Source: Schmidtea nova
Lineage: Eukaryota
Direction of reading: 5' to 3'
DNA length: 64,000 nt
Assembly (NCBI GenBank): GCA_044892505.1
Contig: CM097883.1
Span: 351,726,001-351,790,000, forward strand
Of this stretch, positions 26,012-38,779 are shown one piece after another. The position numbers and the translations under genes are program-made. Every line of letters begins with the position of its first letter. Position 1 is the stretch's first letter. Below the pieces are notes generated by a model, which ran no database searches, had not been told where the DNA came from, and saw only the letters and a program-made list of their open reading frames with translations.

Positions 26012-26192
26012 ATTATCAATAATTCTCATAATGCTGACTATAGATCAAAATTTTTTTTTATAAACAATAAAACAATATTTCGGCACAGCCTTTATCAAGT
26101 GTGTATAATAAAGGCTATGCCGAAATATTGTGTTATTGTTTATAAAAAAACAATTTTGATCAATAGTCAGCATTATGAGAATTATTGATAAT
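26012..26192. repeat. Palindromic element A (inverted pair of Penelope pLTR-like units with hammerhead motif)
   Basis: ~85-bp inverted arms; minus strand 26098-26074 reads TTGATAA-A-GGC(TGT)GCC-GAA-ATAT-T; same family as 26424 and 40326. Confidence 0.75.
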
Positions 26193-26257
26193 TATACTAA
26201 TTTGTTTGAAAAAATAGATTTATTTGATTTATATTTGAATGTAAAATTAAGTAGAAC

Positions 26258-26290
26258 CTGATGAAGAGAATTAAGTTCTCGAAATATATT
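26258..26290 (+). ncRNA. Minimal hammerhead ribozyme (Penelope-type)
   Basis: CTGATGA-A-GAGAA(TTAAG)TTCTC-GAA-ATATAT-T; same architecture as 19612-19644. Confidence 0.65.
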
Positions 26291-26423
26291 GTGCAAAATA
26301 TATATTTGGATTAGCGTTTGTTTTTAATTATTTTAGGGCCATGCTTGTTGTGTTATGTATTAAATAATAATAATAATATCATAATTATCTTTTTGTTTCA
26401 CCTTTGATCTTTTTAATTATTAA

Positions 26424-26612
26424 TATCAATAATTCCAATAATGATAAGATTTGTAGATCAAAATGTTTTTTACAAGTACTCAATATTTCGGCATATCCTT
26501 TATCAAGCGTGTATTTCAATAATACACACTTGATAAAGGCTGTGACGAAATATTGTGTACTTGTAAAAAAATATTTTGATATATAGACTTATCGTTATGG
26601 GAATTATTGATA
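26424..26612. repeat. Palindromic element B (two opposed hammerhead-like motifs)
   Basis: Inverted arms; TTGATAA-A-stem-GAA-ATAT-T on both strands (26482-26506 minus, 26530-26554 plus), each with one stem II mismatch. Confidence 0.72.
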
Positions 26613-26629
26613 TAAATAAATTGAAATAA

Positions 26630-26850
26630 ATATTTTTGTAGGATTCTTTTATTTAATAGGAGTAATGAAAGAAAAAATAGCAACTTTCGAGAGTTTTGGA
26701 CAGAAAGGTGTGGCTTTATTAAAATTAGTATTTCTAGAAAGAAGTTTGAAAAATATACTTCATGCCTTAGATTTGAGTCTAAACGTTCTGGGACGCGTGC
26801 TGACAAATTTGCTGAAATTAGAAATCAAATAAATATTTTACAATCAACTT
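26630..26850 (+). pseudogene. piggyBac transposase remnant
   Basis: FVGFFYLIGVMK then (frameshift) FWTERCGFIKISISRKKFEKYTSCLRFESKRSGTRADKFAEIR (cf. MSRNRF..I...LRFD...R...DKFAPIR). Confidence 0.6.
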
Positions 26851-27577
26851 GAAATGAAATAAAATCGAAATGTCATCCTAATTATATTTGAAAACTGTTC
26901 CGAAAATTCGTGTCAAATATAAAACAAAATATTGATCGATAATCTGAAAAGAAATGAAGAAAATGGAAATAGTCAATTTGCAAATTATCATTATCAAGGA
27001 TTATCATACCAATAAAATGTCATGAACTCTTCAGCGGATTTTTGCAGAAATTACTCCCGAATACTAATGAGAACTTTGTTTTATTCTCGCCAGTAAATAT
27101 CAACATTAGTAAAAAACGCTCAGGAAAATCGGATTTACATTTTAACAAAGATTTTATCAGTAAAATATGAAAAAAATAATAAAAAACCCTTGGTAGAAGT
27201 GGAAATATTTCAGTGAAATCCATTAACATGAAATTAATGCTTTTAGTTTATCATTTTAATCATCAGACTGTTTGAGCATTTCTACATGGAAATAAAATGA
27301 AATTCTTGTTTACGGAATTTATTTTTATGTAATTAATTATTCTATTTTACAAGTTTTTATTAATAAATAATTCACAAGACTTATTAGCCCATATTTACCT
27401 GAAAATGTATTATTGCTATTATTTCAATTATTATTACTCTTATTATTATCGTTATTATTATCTTTATTATTTTTATTATTAATTTTATTAATATTACTAT
27501 TTTTAGTGCCTCAGACTTTTCAATTTAATAATGACATTAATTTGTTATTAATTTGTTATTAATTAATTATTAATGTA

Positions 27578-27810
27578 ACTAACGATATCCCGTCAAAAAT
27601 TAACGCTTTCATAATATATAAACCAAAAATTAAATTCAAAAGTTCTAAATAATATTTCGGGTGAATTCTATTGAGTCATCAAAACAATTATAGTCAAACG
27701 CACGTGTAAGAATTTGCAAGTTTTCCGATTGAAAAATCGGCCAATCAGCGCCCTTTGAAAGCGTTACATCCGGACAGACAGACATTGTTACATAGCAAAT
27801 TATATTATGT
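27578..27810 (+). mobile_element. Possible non-autonomous Helitron-like element
   Basis: actaacgatatcccgtcaaaa start and gaaaaatcggcc...catccggacagacagaca near the end resemble small invertebrate Helitron derivatives. Confidence 0.35.
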
Positions 27811-27812
27811 TA

Positions 27813-28628
27813 TATTATATTAAATGAACTTTTTTCTTTTAGTTTAAATAATCAAAAATAACACTTTTTAACTTTCAAAAAATCATCATGGCCAACAAGA
27901 TATCCAATGAAGTGTTTTCAAATCAAAATGTTGCAACGAGCATTTATGCTAGTGAGAAAACAATTGTGACAAGTTCAGAATCACCTAAGACATCAAGTAC
28001 ACAAACTTCGAGCTTAAAAGGAAGCACTAGTTTTTCAAGTGAGACGCCATCTACGCACTTAACAGGCAAATCAATCAAGTCATGTTAGCAACCAGAATTG
28101 TTTTCAATATCACTTAGCAAAACGAGTGAGAAATCATAAAGTTTAAGTAGCGTCGAAAGTTCGTTTGTTGTATCGTCAACATCGTAAGCAACATCAATGA
28201 CTGGAACAAGAAACAGTGAAAGTTCAATAGTAAAACCTATTGAATGTTCGACAAGCATTTCATCTAATGTCCAAACAATGCTGAATCCCGGTACAATCAA
28301 TAAAAATCAACAGATTACGCTGCCAAAGATCAGTAATTATGAAAGCAAAGGAACTCATTCATCAAAGATTCTATCTTCAATGTCAATTACGAATATATGT
28401 TGTTTTCATCCGGTTTATATTATACTTTTTTTCTAAAATTGGTGTCAGATGTGGGATAATTCTAAATTTGTCACAAATGTTTTCTCAATAGGTGAAATAT
28501 TCGTTGCAACATTTTGATTTGAAAACACTTCATTGGATTTCTTGTTGGCCATGATGATTTTTTGAAAGTTAAAAAAGTTTTATTTTTGATTAATTAAAAA
28601 AAAAGAAAAAAGTTCATTTAATATAATA
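27813..28628. repeat. Long inverted repeat (~127-bp arms) enclosing a Ser/Thr-rich interrupted frame
   Basis: Arms 27813-27939 and 28501-28628 are near-identical reverse complements; 27888-28436 is one frame with 3 stops. Confidence 0.8.
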
Positions 28629-28898
28629 GTACATTAATAATTTAATTATTAAATTAATGTCATTATTAAATTGNNNNNNNNNNNNNNNNNNNNNNNNNNN
28701 NNNNNNNNNNNNNNNNNNNNNNNNNNNNNNNNNNNNNNNNNNNNNNNNNNNNNNNNNNNNNNNNNNNNNNNNNNNNNNNNNNNNNNNNNNNNNNNNNNNN
28801 NNNNNNNNNNNNNNNNNNNNNNNNNNNNNNNNNNNNNNNNNNNNNNNNNNNNNNNNNNNNNNNNNNNNNNNNNNNNNNNNNNNNNNNNNNNNNNNNNN

Positions 28899-30014
28899 CA
28901 TAGAGCTCGGCTCTCAACTCATCTCGGGTTTCCAACACTACTCAAGATTCGCATTAGCTCGAATTCTCCACTAGTTGATCAATTAATTTTAATTTATTTA
29001 TTTTTCTGATAACTTTTTCTATGGATCCCTCACTACATTGTTATTATTATATTTAGGTTTGTCTCTAGAATAGGCTTTCAACCAAACCTGCTTCTCCTGC
29101 AACATAACAAATTTTCTAAAAGTTTAATTAATTTCTATACTTTAACTATTTTCGATGTTTTTATTGATGTTTCCGTACTTTAATTTACATNNNNNNNNNN
29201 NNNNNNNNNNNNNNNNNNNNNNNNNNNNNNNNNNNNNNNNNNNNNNNNNNNNNNNNNNNNNNNNNNNNNNNNNNNNNNNNNNNNNNNNNNNNNNNNNNNN
29301 NNNNNNNNNNNNNNNNNNNNNNNNNNNNNNNNNNNNNNNNNNNNNNNNNNNNNNNNNNNNNNNNNNNNNNNNNNNNNNNNNNNNNNNNNNNNNNNNNNNN
29401 NNNNNNNNNNNNNNNNNNNNNNNNNNNNNNNNNNNNNNNNNNNNNNNNNNNNNNNNNNNNNNNNNNNNNNNNNNNNNNNNNNNNNNNNNNNNNNNNNNNN
29501 NNNNNNNNNNNNNNNNNNNNNNNNNNNNNNNNNNNNNNNNNNNNNNNNNNNNNNNNNNNNNNNNNNNNNNNNNNNNNNNNNNNNNNNNNNNNNNNNNNNN
29601 NNNNNNNNNNNNNNNNNNNNNNNNNNNNNNNNNNNNNNNNNNNNNNNNNNNNNNNNNNNNNNNNNNNNNNNNNNNNNNNNNNNNNNNNNNNNNNNNNNNN
29701 NNNNNNNNNNNNNNNNNNNNNNCATAGAGCTCGACTCTCAACTCATCTCGGGTTTCCAACACTACTCAAGATTCGCATTAGCTCGAATTCTCCACTAGTT
29801 GATCAATTAATTTTAATTTATTTATTTTTCTGATAACTTTTTCTATGGATCCCTCACTACATTGTTATTATTATATTTAGGTTTGTCTCTAGAATAGGCT
29901 TTCAACCAAACCTGCTTCTCCTGCAACATAACAAATTTTCTAAAAGTTTAATTAATTTCTATACTTTAACTATTTTCGATGTTTTTATTGATGTTTCCGT
30001 ACTTTAATTTACAT
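28899..30014. repeat. Two near-identical 292-bp segments (28899-29190, 29723-30014) between N-gaps; LTR-edge fragment
   Basis: One mismatch (ggc/gac); contains ctcgggtttcc and a ...gcaaca LTR-like end; probably a scaffolding duplication. Confidence 0.8.
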
Positions 30015-30830
30015 NNNNNNNNNNNNNNNNNNNNNNNNNNNNNNNNNNNNNNNNNNNNNNNNNNNNNNNNNNNNNNNNNNNNNNNNNNNNNNNNNNNNNN
30101 NNNNNNNNNNNNNNNNNNNNNNNNNNNNNNNNNNNNNNNNNNNNNNNNNNNNNNNNNNNNNNNNNNNNNNNNNNNNNNNNNNNNNNNNNNNNNNNNNNNN
30201 NNNNNNNNNNNNNNNNNNNNNNNNNNNNNNNNNNNNNNNNNNNNNNNNNNNNNNNNNNNNNNNNNNNNNNNNNNNNNNNNNNNNNNNNNNNNNNNNNNNN
30301 NNNNNNNNNNNNNNNNNNNNNNNNNNNNNNNNNNNNNNNNNNNNNNNNNNNNNNNNNNNNNNNNNNNNNNNNNNNNNNNNNNNNNNNNNNNNNNNNNNNN
30401 NNNNNNNNNNNNNNNNNNNNNNNNNNNNNNNNNNNNNNNNNNNNNNNNTAAGTAACAAAATAAGCCTTTGCTGCAAAAGGCTTTATTTTGTTACTTATTT
30501 ATTAATTAATTTAATACTTAATGCTGCNNNNNNNNNNNNNNNNNNNNNNNNNNNNNNNNNNNNNNNNNNNNNNNNNNNNNNNNNNNNNNNNNNNNNNNNN
30601 NNNNNNNNNNNNNNNNNNNNNNNNNNNNNNNNNNNNNNNNNNNNNNNNNNNNNNNNNNNNNNNNNNNNNNNNNNNNNNNNNNNNNNNNNNNNNNNNNNNN
30701 NNNNNNAACTAAATAAGCCATTGCTGCAAAAAATTTTATTAAGTGAAAATTTTGGATTAAAAAGAGATTGATGAGGATTATTTATCATAAAATTACTTTT
30801 TAATGATGTTTATAGTCATTTGTATTGCAG

Positions 30831-31691
30831 GATCCTGAATATTACGTAATCGGCAACCATATTTTGCATTTCATCATTATCATCCTGTTGCTGATGGGAT
30901 ATATAGGAAACTTGCTGAATTTCATCCTGTTATATAAAGAGAAAAGTTTGAGAGAATTCACCAAGATTTTATATTTTGCCCAAGGATTCTGGGATGTTAT
31001 CGTACTGATAGTTCCCTCAATTCGATATTACTTTCTGATCTCCCAGGAATACGATTTACGTAGCGTAAATGGAACGTTTTCAATGATCCATTCATATCTT
31101 ACGTATATCTGCTTTGATTGTTCCGTCTGGCAGTTGTGCGCAATTTCACTGGAGCGAACGGCCCTGGTCAAATGGCCGACTAACAAATTTATACGGACAT
31201 TGTCCCGTAAACAAGCCGTTTTGATATGCGTTTTCATTTTCCTTTGTGGCTTATTGAAAGATATCACTGCTCTGTATTCGGGTAATTTCTATGAAATATT
31301 AATGGCGATTCTTGATGATGTGTTTGGGATATCTATTCCGTTCGCCGTTATCACCGCCACTTCACTTATGCTAATACGGACATTGCAGGCGAGAATCCAC
31401 CAAGTTAACGCAAATGTTGCTAATGTCAACCAAATGGCTTCTCCTATATTCGTTATCAAGATGATCCTTGTGACATCCTGCTATTACCTAATCACAAACA
31501 TTATTGGATCTTTATATTTTCTTACGGTTGCCATTGCGCCCCCGGTTGATGTGAAATTGGACAAACTGTTTTATAATTGCGTTGTTACGTTTTTGATTAG
31601 TAATAATGCATTGAAATTTTATTTATACAGCATATCTTCCCGCCGCATCAGGCGGGACGTGTATTTTATTTTTAAATACCCTTGCCAGTAG
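30831..31691 (+). CDS. Rhodopsin-like orphan GPCR, terminal coding exon, paralog 2
   Basis: 7TM with the same motifs as paralog 1; acceptor ttgcag|GAT at 30831; open frame to stop. Confidence 0.85.
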   Translation, partial: DPEYYVIGNHILHFIIIILLLMGYIGNLLNFILLYKEKSLREFTKILYFAQGFWDVIVLIVPSIRYYFLISQEYDLRSVNGTFSMIHSYLTYICFDCSVWQLCAISLERTALVKWPTNKFIRTLSRKQAVLICVFIFLCGLLKDITALYSGNFYEILMAILDDVFGISIPFAVITATSLMLIRTLQARIHQVNANVANVNQMASPIFVIKMILVTSCYYLITNIIGSLYFLTVAIAPPVDVKLDKLFYNCVVTFLISNNALKFYLYSISSRRIRRDVYFIFKYPCQ

Positions 31692-32169
31692 TTTTTGGAC
31701 TTGGTAGACCTTTCATCATATACATTTACCATTTACAGCTAGATATGTTATATGAAATATATATGATTTATTTGGAATGAAATTAGTGTTACTAGTATAA
31801 CGGACCGACAGAAAAAGTCGAGTTGGGCTGAATTGCTATCGTAATCAAGAGGTTAGTTGTAATAGCATTAGAGTCGGTACAATTTAAGCTCATAATAATA
31901 TTTATTGCAGTAAATATTTTATTAAAGCGCATTATTAAAACTGTATGGTTTCAATTCGGTATTAGTAGTAGGTAAAAGTGTGGAGCCGGGAACAAAGACA
32001 TATGACTCATAATGAAGGACATGACTCATCCTGATGACTCATACTGTAAACCATCGAGAACTCGTCCCTATGACTGTTTGATGATTCATTAGTTCGAGTC
32101 ATTGGTGAATCTTCAAGATCACTCATCGATGACTCATTTCAAGGTCAAATTTTTAAATTTGAATTTTCA

Positions 32170-34860
32170 AAGGCTATGGTGGGTGCTGGTGGGTTTTTGG
32201 TGAGTTACGATCATTGGCTTTGGTTCTAATATTATTTTTCAGCGATCGATGAATCCATTTAATCTTTCCGTTGGATTGTGGATTGTAGGCTGTTGTTCGG
32301 TTTCTTTTAATGTTGTATTTGTTGCAAAGAATTCTGAACATTTCAGATTCGAATTGTTTGCCTTGGTCGGTTATAATTGTTTTGATTGGCCGTAGCGAAC
32401 TATTCAATTTAGTTCTATCATTTCGCAATTAGTTTTGGCCGTGATTCCCTTTATTGGTATTATCTCGAACCAGTTAGTTTTTCTATCTATAATTGTCAGT
32501 AAGTATTTGTTGTCATCATTTGATGGAAGTGGTGCTACAATATCTGTATGAATTACTTCAAAATCTTGGCTGCTTGGAAAATTCACTTTATGAGTTTTGA
32601 GGTTTTTTGACAATTTGTTAAGTTGACAATTTGACAACTTTTTACAAAATTCTTTAAATCGGTCCTCATGTTGGGTCATACATAATTTTTATGTATTAAT
32701 TCGAATGTTGTTTTGTTTCCTGGGTGGTTATTGAATGTATTTTTTCAAAGCATATTTTGCGGATTTCTTCTGGGAGAAATATTTGTTTGTTTGTTTCATT
32801 TGATACATCGTACCATACTCCGTTATACTAATGAAGATTCCGGCTGTGTTTTGTAAAAAGTTTGTTTATTGTTTCGGTTTGTTTAGGTTTAATTTGTTCC
32901 GTTTCTATTATTTTTTGTGATCAATATGTATTTTAAAAGTTTGCCCTTCTTGCAAGTGTTGAAAATTTTTAATTGTGTCATATGTTGAAAGGAGTTATCT
33001 GTCAAAAGTCGAATATTTGATTTGATGTGCGAGCATTGCAAAACCTGAACAATCTGTTGTAAATTGATTTCATATTCTGGATCTGGATATCCAAGTAATG
33101 TTGCTTGTGAAAGACTTTCTTTAGCTTTTTCGAATACTTCGGTTGTTTGGCGAATCAAATTTATTTTGAAATTTCGTCTTGCCTTAATGATGTCATTTAG
33201 TGGTACCAATAATTAACTTCAGTTGGGAATATAAGAGTGGTAGAAGTTTATCATTCCCAAGAATCTTCTCAATTCCCTAGTGTTTGTTGGCAATTTGTAA
33301 TTTGTAATATTATTTATTTTATTTTCAATTGGTTGTGTTCTTTTTTCGTTTAAAGTATGTCCTAGGAAATCTTTTTCGGTTTTGATGAATTCGCATTTTT
33401 GTGAATTGATTTTTAGTTTTGCATTTTTTATTGTTTTGAACACGTTCTTTATGTCTTTTAAGTGTGTTTTCTTGTATGAGCTGATTATTAAAATGTCATT
33501 CAAAAATAGGCGATTGTGTTCTTTTCAATTATTTGATCAATAAATTGCTGGAAGGTTGCTGCTGCGTTTCGTAAGCCGAAAGGCTTTTGGTTGTATTCGA
33601 AATGGTGTTGTTGTTGCTGTCTTTTTTACGTCCCCTTTTCTTATTGGAATCTGATGATATGTTTTTCGCAAATCCCCACAGGTTCTCATTCTCTATTTGA
33701 TTTTTGTTTTAACCAATACGGACGACAATTCTGAGTTTGAATGTTTGAAAATGTTGTTTTCTAACAATTCATCAAAGGTTTTTCGTAATTTCTATTTTTT
33801 TTGGATCCAATTGTCTTACTTTTGCATGTACTGGATTTCCATTGGTAATGATCGCATGTTCAGTTACGTGTTCTGATTCATCGCTAAATTGTATTGGTTC
33901 TATAAATTCACTGAATTGATTCATTAGTTTACTCAATTTTGGGTTGTTTTGTTTTGTTGAAATAGGACTTTATGTTTAGTGTTTATTGAAACAACACATT
34001 GAAACAATGGCTTATTTTTGCATTCAACTAGAAAATTGTATTTTGATAAAAAATCTGCTCCTATTATTGCTTGCTGAATGTCGGCTATCGTGAATGTCCA
34101 TTTGTAAGTTTTGTTGTTTATTGTGAGTGTTATATCTTGTTCACAAAATGTTTTTATGTTAGATCCATTGGCTGCAGTAAGTAATTTGTTTTGATTTTTT
34201 GTATTTTTGTACAGAATATGTGGTAGTACCGATATCACTGAATCTGTGTCTACTAGAAGTTCAATTTTATTTTAATATATAGAGAAAGTGTTATGTTTGT
34301 TGTAAAATGTAGGTGCAACTACTAGCAACATTTCTATTTTTTTAGACTTTGCTCCGTTATATCTGCAGGGTTTTGTGCATTTGAAGGCTTTTTCTCTAAA
34401 TTTGTTATGGAAGTAACATAGTTCTCGGTTTGCTAATCTGATATCTGTTTTCCAGAATTTTTGTCTATTTTCAGTTTCTTTGCTTTTAATGTTGTGGTAG
34501 TTGTAATGTTGATTTCTTGAGTTTGATTTTGATCTGTTGAATTTATACAGTGTTTGATTTGGACAGTAGTTTTGTTTAAGTTTTTTGTTTAATTTCATTT
34601 AGTTCTAATTTGAATTTTTTATTTTCGGTTGCTATTTTGTCAAGGTCACTTATTAGGTTATTTTATATTATATTTGTTTCATTGTATTCTGTCCTTTCGT
34701 TTTCTTTCACATTATGTTCATGGTTAGCTATTTTCTTTTTGGTTTTATAAATGCTGTTTATACTAGGGTAAATTCATTTATTTTATCCACCGTTTCTGTC
34801 GACATTTTTGTCTTCTGTTTCATTATTTTTAGTTGATAATCTTCGCCATAAAATTTGGTC
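32170..34860 (-). mobile_element. Decayed Ty3/Gypsy LTR retrotransposon interior (gag-PR-RT-RH-IN)
   Basis: Gag CYFHNKFREKAFKCTKPC; PR LLVDTDSVISVLP; RT/RH fragments 32889-33750; IN HTDIVAPLP, TDQGKQFES, TTAYNPQSNG; many stops and frameshifts. Confidence 0.88.
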
Positions 34861-36840
34861 ATTTCCAATCAAGTCATTTTATAACAATTTATATTTTATA
34901 TATACTTTATTACAATGAAAACGCAATAAAATTGTTTTAAATAGGTGAAAAATAAATGTTTTAATACAAAACCGGTATGCAACACGAAGTACAACAACTT
35001 TCAAATTTCTAATCAAACCAATTTAATGAAAATTAAATTTTACACTTAGAATATAACAGTAAAAATTCAATAAAGTTACTGTATATATGTGAAATATACA
35101 AACTTTAATACAAAACACGCATACATCACAAAATTCGCCAAATTTCTAATCAAGTCATTTTTTAACAATTTAAATATTATGTATACATTATTACAATAAA
35201 AACTCAGTAAAGTTAATTTAAATGAGCCAAAAATATAAATTTTAAAATTAAACACGTGTCTAACACGAAATACAGCAACTTTTAAATTTTAAATCAAACC
35301 ATTTTATCAAAAATTAAATTTTATGTCTAATATTACAATGAAAACTCAATAAAGTTACTTTAGAGAGCTTTAAAATGCTAAAATTAATAACAAAACACGT
35401 GTGCAACACGAAAACTTGCAACTTTCAAATTTCTAATCAAGTCATTTTCTAGTAAATTTTACTTTTAAATTTAAACTTTAACTTTTAAATTTTAAATCAA
35501 ACCATTTTATCAAAAATTAAACTTTTAAATTTTAAATCAAACCATTTTATCAAAAATTAAATTTTATGTCTAATATTACAATGAAAACTCAATAAAGTTA
35601 CTTTAGAGAGCTTTAAAATGCAAAAATTAATAACAAAACACGTCTGCAACACTAAACACGACAGCTTTCAGATTTCTAATCAAGCCATTATATAGAAAAT
35701 TAAATTTAACCTATATGTAATTACAATGAAAAGTTACTTTAGATAGCTTAAAATGCTAAACTTAATTACAAACACGTGTGCATTACAAACACACCAACAA
35801 ACCAAATTTTAAATCAAGCAATTTATAGAAATTTAAATTTTATATATACTTTATTGCAATGAAAACTCAATAAAGTTATTTTAATTAGCTAAAACTTACA
35901 AAATTAATAACAAAACACGTGTGCATCACAAAATAAGACAACTTTCAGATTTCTAATCAAGCCATTTTGTAGAAAATTAAATTTTATCTCTACAATATTA
36001 CAATGAAAACTTATTAAAGTTACTTTATATAGACGAAATATGGAAATTTAAGTACAAAACATGTGTGTGTATTAAAACACAGCAACAAACCAAATTTTTT
36101 AATCAAGACATTTTATAGAAAATTAAATTTTACTTATACTTTATTACAATGAAAACTCACTAAAGTTAAAAAGATAACTTAAAATGCTAAAATTAATAAC
36201 AAAACACGTGTGTAACTCGAAAAAACGACAACTTTTAGATTTTGAATCAAGCCATTTTATAGGAAATTAAATTTTACTTATACTTTATTACAATGAAAAA
36301 TCAATAAATTTATTTTATATACATGAAAAATGCAAAATTAATTACAAAACATGTGTGTATTAAAAACACGCCAACAAACTAATTTTCTAATCAAGCCATT
36401 TTATAGGAAATTATTTTTTATCTATACTTTATTACAATGAAAAATACATAAAGTTACTTTATATTGTTAAAAATTTGAAAATTAAAAATAAAACAGGTGT
36501 GCAACACTAAATACGACAACTTTCAAATTTCTAATAAGGCCATTTTATAGAAAATTAAATTTTATCTATAGTTTATTACAATCAAAACTCAATAAAGTTA
36601 CTTTAAAAAACTTAAAATCCTAGAATTAATAACAAAACGCGTGTGCAACACTAAATACGACAAATTTCAGATTTCTAATAAAGCCATTTTATAGAAAATT
36701 AAATTTTATCTATACTTTATTACAATGAAAACTCAAAAAAATTACTTTATTTAGGTAAATATATACAAATTTAATTACAAAACACGTGTGCACAACAATA
36801 TACACAACATTTTGAAATTTTAATCAAGCCATTTTACGTA
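34861..36840. repeat. Tandem satellite, ~120-bp unit, ~16 diverged copies
   Basis: Recurring aaaacacgtgtgcaacac...aatcaagccatttt...ttattacaatgaaaactcaataaagtt; one unit is inverted at 36993-37112. Confidence 0.9.
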
Positions 36841-38779
36841 ATATACACACATGGGTTAGTGGTTCAGACAGGACACATCCTCCTACTAGAAAACTTCAAA
36901 CGCCTTTTTCGAATTCGATAAACCGGCCCGATCGAGTTTTTAGTGAAACAATAGATAGACAGATTTTTATTGTCTACAAAATGACCGAATTAAAAATTCA
37001 AAATGTTGTGTAGATTGTTGTGCACACGTTTTTTGTCATTAAATTTTTATATATTTACCTAAATAAAGTAATTTTTTTGAATTTTCATTGTAATAAAGTA
37101 TAGATAAAATTTTGTTAAAAAGTCTTGAGTGTAGAATATATTTGTAATTAAAATTTACCGGTCGACTAAATTTTATTATTGTGAAATTTAATTTGAATAA
37201 ATATTTTGACTGTTGGTTTAATTTTATAATTAAAAATTTATTGAATTTATAAAACTATTGGTTAATTTTCTTTTCAATGACTATTTTCAGTGATGAATTA
37301 AATATTTAATGAATTGTAATGAATTTAGTTTTAAATATTGCTATTACTTTTTCACTTAATTTAATGGACACAATGTATTTTAGGAGTTGAATATATTTTA
37401 AATAAAAACTGTGGAATAGAGTTTCAATAACAATTCTGAGTCATGAATTAAATTGTTAATGAACTTTAACTAATTTAAGATTATTTTTATTAAATCACAT
37501 TTTTATGTTACATTGGCTATAAAATGGGTTAATTATAAGAAATGTTAATTATTTCAATAAATATTATATTTTAATAATCATTTTATTAATATATTTACAT
37601 TATTTCTAAAAGCAAACTTATTTAGTGAATCTAATTAGTAATTATTTTAGAATTTTAATTAATATTAGTAATAAAACTTTTAAATTATCGCTTTTCAAGG
37701 AAAACAATTAATTAAAACAGATTGTTTTTAGTAATAAATTTAGGTAATTTTACTTTTTTTCTTATAACTTTAAATTAAATTTTAGATAATAATTTTCGTA
37801 TTTCAGCGAAAACAAATAATTCAAACAAATAAATTTAGTAATTATTTTAAATAATAAATTAATTTTAATTTTTAGTAATAAATTCATTTAAATTTCAGCT
37901 TTAATTTTTGAATAATCGCATTTTAAGGAAAACAATTTATTTAAACAAATAAGTTTAGTAATTTTGTCAGTATTAAATATTTAGTACAATTTGAATGCTG
38001 TAAACTCTTTCTTGATAAATTTATTAAATTGTAGTTATTTTCTTAGATTTAACTTTTTATAATCAAGTTGCATGTGTATTAGTGAAGATAATGAAAAATG
38101 TGTAAATTATCGATAGAGTTTGGTATGAATCAATGCTAAAATATGAAGAATCATTAGTACTTGAAAGAAATTCAAAATATTTTTGTCAATTAATTAGGAT
38201 AATAAACAATTTATTTTTGCTTAATTATCCTTTTGATGAGATTTATTGTTACTTACTACAATGTCTTTAGAAAACAATATAAAGTATTCAATATATTCTG
38301 GTAAAATTATAGTAATGAATATTGATGAATTTGATATATAAATTAATATCAAAGGAGATTTTGATGTATTCTTTGCAGTCTTAACAAATGTCAATTCATT
38401 ATTACATTTTTGTCAGTAAAATATTTTGGAAATTATATTAAAAATTGAAAAAATGTCTACTTTTAAATAATTATTTGACAAAGTTTTCTTTTATTTAGAA
38501 TAATTTATGAAAGAATATTTATAATTTGGTATGAATTGATCATTTAATAAATAAAATTAAGTAAAGATTTTATATTTTAACATAATTAATTTATAATAAC
38601 AATTACATGGTATTTTAGAATTCAGAATATAGTAAAATGCATAGGTTTTACGATACCGACAAGGATAAATAATTAGATTAATGCATAAAGCCTATAAAAA
38701 TGTTTCAGATTTTTTTATGAATATTTGGTAATAATTTAGTCTGAATAAATGAATATTTTAATTAATTTTAAGAGTTTAA

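Noticed and set aside
28899-30014. Real tandem duplication of a 292-bp unit
   Set aside because: Both copies are bounded by gaps on each side; most likely duplicated contig placement
28614-30788. Many track ORFs rich in X
   Set aside because: They span N-gaps; artefacts (same for the 9404, 12657, 19345-19674 and 21594 ORFs)
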